In this document: positions 56,440-64,000 of the stretch, piece by piece
Layout: each line of letters starts with the position of its first letter
Numbering within the stretch: position 1 is the stretch's first letter
IMG/VR virus record: IMGVR_UViG_3300025280_000024
Coordinates: 38,046-102,045 of that record
Length of the DNA stretch: 64,000 nucleotides
DNA from: a virus
Strand: one strand, 5' to 3'
Made by a program: the position numbers and the translations under genes
Notes under the pieces: model-generated
Told to the model about the DNA's origin: nothing
Seen by the model: only the letters and a program-made list of their open reading frames with translations
Databases searched by the model: none

Positions 56440-56942
56440 AGTTTATAGCCTGCATGTGCAACAATCCAACTGTCGGCCCTATCATATGAGCCTGGCTTTG
56501 GATTTCCATGTCTAGTATACTTTATTTCATTGCCGTTGTCAAGGAAATATTGTAAGGCTACTTCTTTTGCCTTTTGTCCTCGGGGAACTTTTATCCCACA
56601 GAACTTTCTCGCTGTTGTAGCAGCGATATATTCAGGCTCTCTGTTGAGATCGTGAAAGCAAATCCACGATATTATGCCGTTGAACCTGGCCAGTGTTGAA
56701 AGTGTTTGTGCTGACGAGAAGCCAGAACGGAAGGATTGTAGTGACTGTTCAACGAAAACCCTCTTTACCGGCCAACCAAGATCTAGAATCTTGTTGCGAA
56801 TAAAACGTGCCTTGTGAAAAATTGTTGGGAAATATTTTTTATTTCTTGTGTCCCAAGCTTCACAAAGAATGGTGTCACCTTTTTCATTTAACAGGGTTGC
56901 CCCTGTGATACTTGTTGAGAGGTCTAATCCGAGTATAATCAT
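56415..56942 (-). CDS. RuvC-like Holliday junction resolvase
   Basis: ILGLDLSTSITG, VFVEQ, K, DRADS. Confidence 0.8.
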   Translation of the reverse strand: MIILGLDLSTSITGATLLNEKGDTILCEAWDTRNKKYFPTIFHKARFIRNKILDLGWPVKRVFVEQSLQSFRSGFSSAQTLSTLARFNGIISWICFHDLNREPEYIAATTARKFCGIKVPRGQKAKEVALQYFLDNGNEIKYTRHGNPKPGSYDRADSWIVAHAGYKLWKKSLQF

Positions 56943-56954
56943 ATCACTATTATA

Positions 56955-58115
56955 CTAGAAATCTAACTTTAATTTAAATGTAAAATCTCTATTTTCTGTT
57001 TTTTTGACTGGTTTTGCAACTTTGGCAATAGCAATGAGGTTTTTCTTTTCATCAAAAATACCTATCTTGCTGATGAATGTCTGTTTTTTAAAAGATCCAG
57101 TAGGATCTGGATATGAAGATGAAACAGTATTTTTGATATTTAATTCTCTGTTCTCGATATAGTGTACTGAACTAGTCAACGGAGTAATGTTTTGTCCATG
57201 TTCAACATATGTCGGATTAGCAGAGTAATTGAGTTCAGCGGTTGGAGCATGAGCCAACATAGTGAGAACGGGAACATAATTTGTTCCTTTAAACTCCATT
57301 TCAAAACTAGAATATGGAACATCAACCGAACTACTTATTGATTGACCATAATAAATCCATTTCGGATTATCGTTACCAGAACCGTCATACTGTTCTTGGT
57401 AACTGGAATCTAAATCCCAACTTCCAGTTAATAGAATAAAACCTTCATTGTATAAAACAACGCCGGCAATATTGCCCGTATTAGATCCTGAAACTTCAAC
57501 CAATTCTCCATTTCTTTCTTTATCTTGTAATTCACCAATTAACGTACCAGTGAGATAATATCTCAAATTCACCGAACCCTTCTTAATCGAGGAACCATAA
57601 AATATTGACGGAATACTAATCAATCCCACTGCTTGAGTAGATTTGTCTCCAAAACTAGAAGAATATGCATAGTGCCTGCTTGAAGGCGTGTAATAATTTA
57701 AAGCGTTTCTAAGAGCATCAACCCTGCTCCTGGTTGCGCCGGCAGCATATAAATCCTTTGATATTGAAGCAGACAAAGGATAACTGCCAGTCATTGCATC
57801 CCCATATGAAAACTTTCCGGAATTGTTAAAATCCCCGACAGAAATCGTTTTAAATGAAGCCAGTGTACCGCCTTTCGTCACAAATGGATAAATTAATTCT
57901 CCAGAAGGTCGATCAACGTTTATTTCATACAAACTTATATGACCAATTGGAACATGGGGCACATTTGATGCAAAAATACCAGGTATATAAGGCTTATTGT
58001 TATAAAAAACACTGCCGGCGCCGTGGCTCCCGCTATAAATGAGAAATTTACACTGTGGATGTGTTTTTACAACATTGTTGAATATGTCGTTTGAGCCAAA
58101 TTTATAGAAAGGCAT
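56955..58115 (-). CDS. putative baseplate/tail structural protein
   Basis: C-terminal IGIFDEKKNLIAIAKVAKPVKK...LKLDF shared with 58152..59282. Confidence 0.55.
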   Translation of the reverse strand: MPFYKFGSNDIFNNVVKTHPQCKFLIYSGSHGAGSVFYNNKPYIPGIFASNVPHVPIGHISLYEINVDRPSGELIYPFVTKGGTLASFKTISVGDFNNSGKFSYGDAMTGSYPLSASISKDLYAAGATRSRVDALRNALNYYTPSSRHYAYSSSFGDKSTQAVGLISIPSIFYGSSIKKGSVNLRYYLTGTLIGELQDKERNGELVEVSGSNTGNIAGVVLYNEGFILLTGSWDLDSSYQEQYDGSGNDNPKWIYYGQSISSSVDVPYSSFEMEFKGTNYVPVLTMLAHAPTAELNYSANPTYVEHGQNITPLTSSVHYIENRELNIKNTVSSSYPDPTGSFKKQTFISKIGIFDEKKNLIAIAKVAKPVKKTENRDFTFKLKLDF

Positions 58116-58151
58116 GATTAATCCTCTTTCTATAATTAGTCAACCAGTAGA

Positions 58152-59282
58152 TTAATAGTCGAGACGAACTCTAAGAGTAATTTCGTTTGTTGGATCTTTT
58201 TTGAGTGGCTCTGAAAGTTTTGCGACGGCCAGAAGCTCATTGTCTGCGGAGTATAACCCAACTGTAGTGATATATGATACAGGAGTATCAGTCGGATTAT
58301 TCTTCACTTGAATCCTACTACCAGAAATATAAGTCGGGTTCGAACTATAGTTAAATTCATTATGATTGGCTCTACAAAAATAAACAGTTGAGTTGAGTTC
58401 AACAGTATTATTGAATGAGACATTATAGATACGATTTCTAATTTGATCTGCAACAACGGCGATAGTAGATCCGGTAACAAATTGAAAACCGGTAGCCGCA
58501 GAGGTCGAAGTCATGACACTGGTGCCGGCGTTGGAATTGTGCAAAATGCCGCCCTCGGCCGCATCATTAAAAACAGATCCCGAGATAACAGCAACGCCGG
58601 CCTGATAATATATTAAGCCACAAGCGGGGTTTGTTTCTGGGTTTCCAAGGGTCTCTCCATCAATTAGAGCTGTTCCTGTGGAAGAAGAGGCAAATAAAAC
58701 ACCATATTCGCCGGCCGGCGAATTAACAAAATATCCATTAGATCCACTAGTATCAGTTAACTTGATTCTTTTAGTAAAGACGGCGCCGGCTTGTTCGTAT
58801 GCACTGTTTACTCCCAGTTCCAAAGAAAAAGATCCTTTCTTGATTTCATCTTTAACAAGAAGTCTTGAAAAATTAAGGAAAAAACATTCGAGTGATTTAG
58901 TTCCACCAGTTAAATTGCCATCCTTATCAAACTGTCTAATGGAACCAGTCTGATCATATCCGGCCAGCACTTGAGCCATTTGATTGTAAATGTTGATCTT
59001 TTTAGTATTCTGTGAATTAGAGGATGCAGATAAAGCGGAATCAGAAGCATAGCCGGTAGTAATATCAAAAATATGATTTGCCGATGAGCTTAAATACGGA
59101 TAATCATAAACCGATTCAAACATACCATGTGAATAAGTTTTAATATTTGGTTCACTACCTAATGCGCCGGCTGCGCCATATGTCCCAGAAACAATTGTTC
59201 CAGTAATTGGAATAGCTTCGTTTAAAAGCGTTCTAGTTGAAGTCGTATCATTATTTGTAAGTGTTTTATATACTGTTGCCAT
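58152..59282 (-). CDS. putative baseplate/tail structural protein
   Basis: EFNYSSNPTY...VGLYSADNELLAVAKLSEPLKK...VRLDY, resembling tail-collar/baseplate domains. Confidence 0.55.
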   Translation of the reverse strand: MATVYKTLTNNDTTSTRTLLNEAIPITGTIVSGTYGAAGALGSEPNIKTYSHGMFESVYDYPYLSSSANHIFDITTGYASDSALSASSNSQNTKKINIYNQMAQVLAGYDQTGSIRQFDKDGNLTGGTKSLECFFLNFSRLLVKDEIKKGSFSLELGVNSAYEQAGAVFTKRIKLTDTSGSNGYFVNSPAGEYGVLFASSSTGTALIDGETLGNPETNPACGLIYYQAGVAVISGSVFNDAAEGGILHNSNAGTSVMTSTSAATGFQFVTGSTIAVVADQIRNRIYNVSFNNTVELNSTVYFCRANHNEFNYSSNPTYISGSRIQVKNNPTDTPVSYITTVGLYSADNELLAVAKLSEPLKKDPTNEITLRVRLDY

Positions 59283-59297
59283 GTTCTTATCCTTTTA

Positions 59298-60239
59298 TTA
59301 TACTTGCTTCACAAACCTTAATGGAACGTCAACTCTGTATCCAGTAGTAGCACCAGTTACTCTTACAACAGAATCCAAATATCGATAAGTTCCTGCGGCT
59401 GCACTGGTGCCAGTAATAGTTAAACCACTTGCACCCAGTTTATCAAACAAATAATTATTAGTGCTTAATTCGATTGAAGCCTTAATTGTAAATCGCAATC
59501 TAGTGCCCCGGGGTCCAGCGATTACTTGTGGCAATTCTGTACCATCTTGGTTCGGCGGCGAAAGATCTCGAATAAAAGTCGGTTTATCAGTATTATAAGA
59601 TAAATAATAGCTGGCTATATTATCGTCATCGATAAAAGAAACTTTTGCAGAGGTTTTACCGTTTCTGTCCCATATAGAACCGAACCGATTATCTATTTCA
59701 ATAATATATTGAGTTTCAATTAAATCTCCATCAAGCCGTTCGTTGGCTGAAATTTCTGTTGTATTTAGTCCTTGATCAAGTCTTACCCAGTGATCGGTAT
59801 CTTTTGAAACGGAAAAACCATTTATAACGCCGTCGACAACAGCTCTCGACAGTGCCTTTTCCGTATCAACATCAACCGCAACAAGAAAAGTGTTTTGGCT
59901 GGGCGCGGTTGTGTGCATTTTAGAAGAAGCTCTTAATGTATTTAATACAATTTCCGGTAGATACATGAGAGAAGTTCTCGGAATTGAAATCAGCTTCGAA
60001 TTCATTAAACTAGTGTTGTTTGTAAAAGCTTCCAAAACAGGAGTTTGCAGAATGTCCAAATCGTAATATGCAGAACCGCTAGCGTGATTCTTATCATACG
60101 ATCCATAATTAATTTCATCATCGCCTAAACAAAATTTAGCAATGCGAAAACTACCATCACCCCTGGCCAATCTCATTCTTCCCGTGTCTGTTAGCACTGC
60201 ATCGAGAATTATATCACCAGAATTATCTAAAAAAGCCAT
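59298..60239 (-). CDS. putative baseplate/tail structural protein
   Basis: IILDAVLTDTGR..LA......KF.LGDDEI.Y N-terminus. Confidence 0.55.
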   Translation of the reverse strand: MAFLDNSGDIILDAVLTDTGRMRLARGDGSFRIAKFCLGDDEINYGSYDKNHASGSAYYDLDILQTPVLEAFTNNTSLMNSKLISIPRTSLMYLPEIVLNTLRASSKMHTTAPSQNTFLVAVDVDTEKALSRAVVDGVINGFSVSKDTDHWVRLDQGLNTTEISANERLDGDLIETQYIIEIDNRFGSIWDRNGKTSAKVSFIDDDNIASYYLSYNTDKPTFIRDLSPPNQDGTELPQVIAGPRGTRLRFTIKASIELSTNNYLFDKLGASGLTITGTSAAAGTYRYLDSVVRVTGATTGYRVDVPLRFVKQV

Positions 60240-60302
60240 GTTTACCCCTCTTCATAAAACGTATTATTGTAAATAGTGTCTTATTTCGTTTTACTTCTTG
60301 TA

Positions 60303-62966
60303 TTATTTTTCACCATATTGAGAATCGTCGACACATACTGTGCCGATGGGGCAATCATCGTCCGTTGTTTCACTAAAATCCCCGGGGACACTCTTTTTGG
60401 ATTTTTGTAGTGCAAAAGCTCCTGGATCAAAAAAAGCAGACGGCGCCGAGGTTCCAGCAATTGCGCCGGCAGCATATTTAGTCATAAACCTATCATAATC
60501 ATATGCATATTTAAACTTCACGTTCACATCAAACTTTCTTCCTGTGTTTTTAGATATAAACCTAAATTTAAAATTTTTATCCCATACACTGCCTTCTTCA
60601 GTCAACCCTAAAACAATTTCATCTCTGCCTATTTTCGTAGCACTTTTTAAATTCCTGCCGGCATCTGTTTTATCCATATCAATAATACGATGTGGAAAAG
60701 AAGGAATAATGTAAATGTTTTTATTTATAGTTTTTGTTGGAACTTTGTGACTCGGTTCTTTCAGTTCGGGTGTATCCACTAATAAATAGACTGCTCCATC
60801 TTCTTCTACCATCTCCACTTCAAAAACTGGTGAAGGATAAGACAAATGACCATGTACGTCTGTCGTTCGAAATGTATAATAATATTTTTTATTTGACTCA
60901 ATGTCATCAACGTAAGATACTGCTGATAAATTAGTGCCATTAAATTCTGTAGGAATTTGTTTAATTATGTTACCAGAAAAGTCTCTATAAGATTTGGGCA
61001 TCTTTTCTAGTCGATATATTTCAAAAAGTCGCGGAGGATCATCTGAAGCATAGTTGATTGGATCGCCGCGTGAAACTTTTTGAATTTTTTCCATTTCACT
61101 TATCAGTGCCTCTTCTCCAGGTTCGATTACTTGTGGAACTAATTTATAATCACCCACATTTGCGTTTAAATTAAAAAGTATTCGATCACTCATTCCTCGA
61201 TATGGAATAATATTAACATCGGGTGCCACCGGGGGCCTATCAAGAATTTTGTTGACGCCACTTTCAAAATAAGGAACTTTGACAAGTTTTAAATATGGTT
61301 CCAAAAAAACTTTGAATCGAGGTAGGTCATATATTATGGCCGGGTCGTCATACTTTCCTCTAAGAGTGTCGTCGAAAACATGTCCTGGTTCTTCTTTCTC
61401 ATATCTATATTTTGTTCCAAAAACTAATCGATATGCATAAATCTTGTATCTATACTCAGTATTGTATTTAACCTGTGTGTCAATAAAATTACATATTCCC
61501 AATTCATCAGAATTTGGAATGAAAAAACTTTGAATTGGTTCTACAGATCCTCTTGTAAACTTATCTATTTGATAAAAAACCGATTCCGAATAAGTGGTTT
61601 TGCCTTCTTCAAAAATTTCTTTGAGGTTTCTATTGTTTTGCCTTATTAACGTGCGTATTCGACCCAACAAAACAATTTTTAACAAATTTGCTATTTGAGG
61701 CCGGCATTCATCTAAAATTTTGGTTTCATTGCACTTGTTTCTACCAAATACCACTGTATTCTTTAAACTTGATTCCTCGGCTATCCCGCGCCACCATTCA
61801 GTTATATCCCACGTTTTATATGATTGGTTAGGGAGTATCTTTGAACCTAATAACCTTGTTCCACTTTTTCCTTTTTTTTCCGTTAAAAACTCACGTTGTT
61901 CAACAAATTTAATCTCGCCCCTTCCACTAGAAGCTTGTACGTGGTTAATAAGATTGGCACTTAGTTCCGCTTCTCTTAACATTCCAGCAGCCTGAGTGCC
62001 GGCGCCTGTAGAAAACTTTATATCCATGTGCATCGGAAATAGTTCTTTTTTAGCGCTAAACTTAGTTAAAAAATCAACATCAACTTGAGAAAAAATAAAA
62101 TTTCTGAATTTCTCATTAAGTTTTGCCATTTTTTGTGGGTCATTCTTTAGTTTGTCATAGCCACTCTGCCATGATTTAAAATAATCGGCTATTTGAGTAC
62201 TTCTTTCACCAACTTTTTCACCTTTTTCATTAAGTATATCTTTGTAAACACCAATAATATTACCCATAAGAGATATATGCTTATTGTACCATGAATTATT
62301 TTCATCTAGATATCCACTTTCCTTTTCTGACAAAAAAGAATACAAACAGGGCAATAATTTTTCTTCCACGTTGTCTATCTTATTTTCATACCCATTGACA
62401 TAAAAATTATATTCTGAATCAACATCGGCTACTAAAGTTAGAATATTACTAATTGCAAGATCTAGTGTTTCTTTGTATAAATACGGTACGCTGTATTCAA
62501 AAGGACAATCCTGCCAACTCTTCGAAGGGTTGGCAAGTTCAAGCTCATTATCAACGAACTCAAACCATTTTTCTAAATCGAACACCATGTCTGAGGTGTG
62601 CGCTTCTGCTCCTGTGTACCCAGGCGGGATACTTAATAAAAATCTGTGATTTTCTTTCGGTATTAGTTTTATATATTGCGATATAACTGGAAACAAATCT
62701 CCCCCTTCTTCAATCGGTGGATCTCCATACTCAATTGAAAATGGTGAGTCTCCGGGAATATTATATCCAAAAACGATATTATCATTATGAGATGTCCATA
62801 ATTTTCCAGTATACCACCTTATTGGATCTATTTGATCCGGCGGGGGCCCCATGACCTCGCTGAAGCGGTGGGGGAGCATGAGTGTTGGCTCTCCACTGCT
62901 TTCGTCGAGCGTTGTGGTGGCGTGTAATCCAAAATCTACAGCTGTTCTTTTTTTCCCTATACTCAT
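60303..62966 (-). CDS. large hypothetical protein (probably virion)
   Basis: 887 aa with FN3-like motifs (DTQVKYNTEYRYKIY, YYYTFRT.D.HG..S.PS). Confidence 0.55.
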   Translation of the reverse strand: MSIGKKRTAVDFGLHATTTLDESSGEPTLMLPHRFSEVMGPPPDQIDPIRWYTGKLWTSHNDNIVFGYNIPGDSPFSIEYGDPPIEEGGDLFPVISQYIKLIPKENHRFLLSIPPGYTGAEAHTSDMVFDLEKWFEFVDNELELANPSKSWQDCPFEYSVPYLYKETLDLAISNILTLVADVDSEYNFYVNGYENKIDNVEEKLLPCLYSFLSEKESGYLDENNSWYNKHISLMGNIIGVYKDILNEKGEKVGERSTQIADYFKSWQSGYDKLKNDPQKMAKLNEKFRNFIFSQVDVDFLTKFSAKKELFPMHMDIKFSTGAGTQAAGMLREAELSANLINHVQASSGRGEIKFVEQREFLTEKKGKSGTRLLGSKILPNQSYKTWDITEWWRGIAEESSLKNTVVFGRNKCNETKILDECRPQIANLLKIVLLGRIRTLIRQNNRNLKEIFEEGKTTYSESVFYQIDKFTRGSVEPIQSFFIPNSDELGICNFIDTQVKYNTEYRYKIYAYRLVFGTKYRYEKEEPGHVFDDTLRGKYDDPAIIYDLPRFKVFLEPYLKLVKVPYFESGVNKILDRPPVAPDVNIIPYRGMSDRILFNLNANVGDYKLVPQVIEPGEEALISEMEKIQKVSRGDPINYASDDPPRLFEIYRLEKMPKSYRDFSGNIIKQIPTEFNGTNLSAVSYVDDIESNKKYYYTFRTTDVHGHLSYPSPVFEVEMVEEDGAVYLLVDTPELKEPSHKVPTKTINKNIYIIPSFPHRIIDMDKTDAGRNLKSATKIGRDEIVLGLTEEGSVWDKNFKFRFISKNTGRKFDVNVKFKYAYDYDRFMTKYAAGAIAGTSAPSAFFDPGAFALQKSKKSVPGDFSETTDDDCPIGTVCVDDSQYGEK

Positions 62967-64000
62967 TAATATGTTCCCATTGATCCCATCGAGCCGGCTG
63001 AACCGCCACCGCCTAGGGCACCACCTGTTGTGCCACCGACACCTTCAGTTAAATCGCCAACAGATTGCGGGGCCGCGAACTCTTCAACTATTGGAAGTTC
63101 GTCAGAGCCTGGAGGTATGAGACGATCTCTTTCTCGTGTTGCTGTTCCTGCTTCTTCTAAAGCCTGAGTTTTTTGTATTATAAAATAGTTATCATACGAT
63201 GGTATATCTAGACCCTCACCAGCCCTAACGCTTGGTAAGTTCTGATGTTCAAATCTCCTAAGCCTACAAAGAATTTCTGTGTTTTTAAAATCTCTTAATT
63301 GTTGCATTGTAGCAGTTCGCCAAACTGGTCGTTTTATTAAAACCCCGTCCTCTGTAGACTTAACATATCCAGACAAAAATTCAACCTTCTGCAACAACAA
63401 ATAATTGAATATGAAAGCATTTTCAGTTGCGAGATTTGTTGATAAATTTTGAAAATTGTGATTCACTTTGTCATTGTATCCAGCAGCGTCGGCAAGAATC
63501 GATTTAAGTTGCAGTGGCATAGCCTCAATAATCCGTTCGTTGATTGCTCTCGTGCGAGCCTTTTTCGGATCCGTCGCAACGCCGGCAAGCTCAAGAAGCT
63601 TCTCTATGGTAAACCTCTCTGCATTTCCTAGACGCTGTTGTGGATTTGGTATCGATTCACCTTGATCGCCAATAAAAACCCGGGACATTGGTGCCGGCGG
63701 AATTGTCAACGCAAACCCGGAAACCAATTTTGCCAAAAATAAATTAGGATTTTGAGACTCGTTTGGATCCATTATTTCTTCTTTATATGGTTTGGTTTGA
63801 ACTTCTGCCGGCGCCGTCGCAGCCTTTAATACATCTCCGGTGTTTATAAACCTATCCTCTTCTTTATCTTTTTTTTCGTAAATTAATGATGGTTCAACCA
63901 TGGTAAGATTAAAAGCTTCAAGAGTCTTCAATAAATTATATTTTATTTTTTGTTTGGCCGGCTTAAGTTTAGAAGTTGTTTTTGTTTCATACTTAGAATT
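62966..64000 (-). CDS. hypothetical protein, 5' end outside the window
   Basis: Frame of 62966..63931 stays open to position 64000. Confidence 0.6.
   Translation of the reverse strand, partial: NSKYETKTTSKLKPAKQKIKYNLLKTLEAFNLTMVEPSLIYEKKDKEEDRFINTGDVLKAATAPAEVQTKPYKEEIMDPNESQNPNLFLAKLVSGFALTIPPAPMSRVFIGDQGESIPNPQQRLGNAERFTIEKLLELAGVATDPKKARTRAINERIIEAMPLQLKSILADAAGYNDKVNHNFQNLSTNLATENAFIFNYLLLQKVEFLSGYVKSTEDGVLIKRPVWRTATMQQLRDFKNTEILCRLRRFEHQNLPSVRAGEGLDIPSYDNYFIIQKTQALEEAGTATRERDRLIPPGSDELPIVEEFAAPQSVGDLTEGVGGTTGGALGGGGSAGSMGSMGTY

Noticed and set aside
84-63665. Plus-strand ORFs in the ORF track (e.g. 21184..21993, 46420..47061, 10602..11060)
   Set aside because: They are antisense shadows of well-supported minus-strand genes, with no recognisable motifs.
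1-64000. Genome-wide stop-codon reassignment
   Set aside because: Core genes are full length in the standard code, and TAA, TAG and TGA all terminate genes; only one suspicious in-frame TGA was seen.
1-64000. tRNA or rRNA genes, introns, inteins
   Set aside because: None recognised by eye; intergenic spaces are short and terL, recA and primase have normal lengths.

Overview
This is 64 kb of a large T4-like (myovirus-type, contractile-tailed) dsDNA phage genome. Essentially all real genes lie on the minus strand. Reading in the direction of transcription (right to left), the window holds: putative baseplate/tail structural genes; a RuvC-like resolvase, a primase and a fused Mre11-Rad50 (SbcD-SbcC); a cluster of small MKITKTQLKQIIKEE-leader genes interleaved with a probable lysis module; a NUDIX gene; an array of 14 consecutive, translationally coupled genes; terL, portal, prohead protease, a ribosomal protein bS21 homolog, scaffold and major capsid; neck, sheath, tube, a frameshift-type tail chaperone pair, tape measure and baseplate; then a minimal PolA, a tubulin/FtsZ-like protein, SSB and RecA/UvsX. 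The main finding is the 14-gene array (33.9-48.4 kb). Largely unrelated proteins (CCA-adding enzyme, 2H phosphoesterase, nucleotidyltransferase, amidoligase-like, ART-like, ParB-like, HEXXH peptidases, HAD nucleotidase, repeat proteins) all begin with the same leader, MKL(L/I)FENWRK(F/Y)LxE. The leader resembles the T4 capsid-targeting sequence and usually ends in a gp21-type (L/I)xE cleavage motif. The array lies behind the same upstream motif (ACTAWTTA) as the structural genes. The inference is a modular system for packaging effector enzymes into the head and injecting them. Also seen: two promoter classes (sigma70-like before replication genes, ACTAWTTA before virion genes) and a striking excess of GCCGGC. 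All functional calls come from motifs read by eye; no searches were run.
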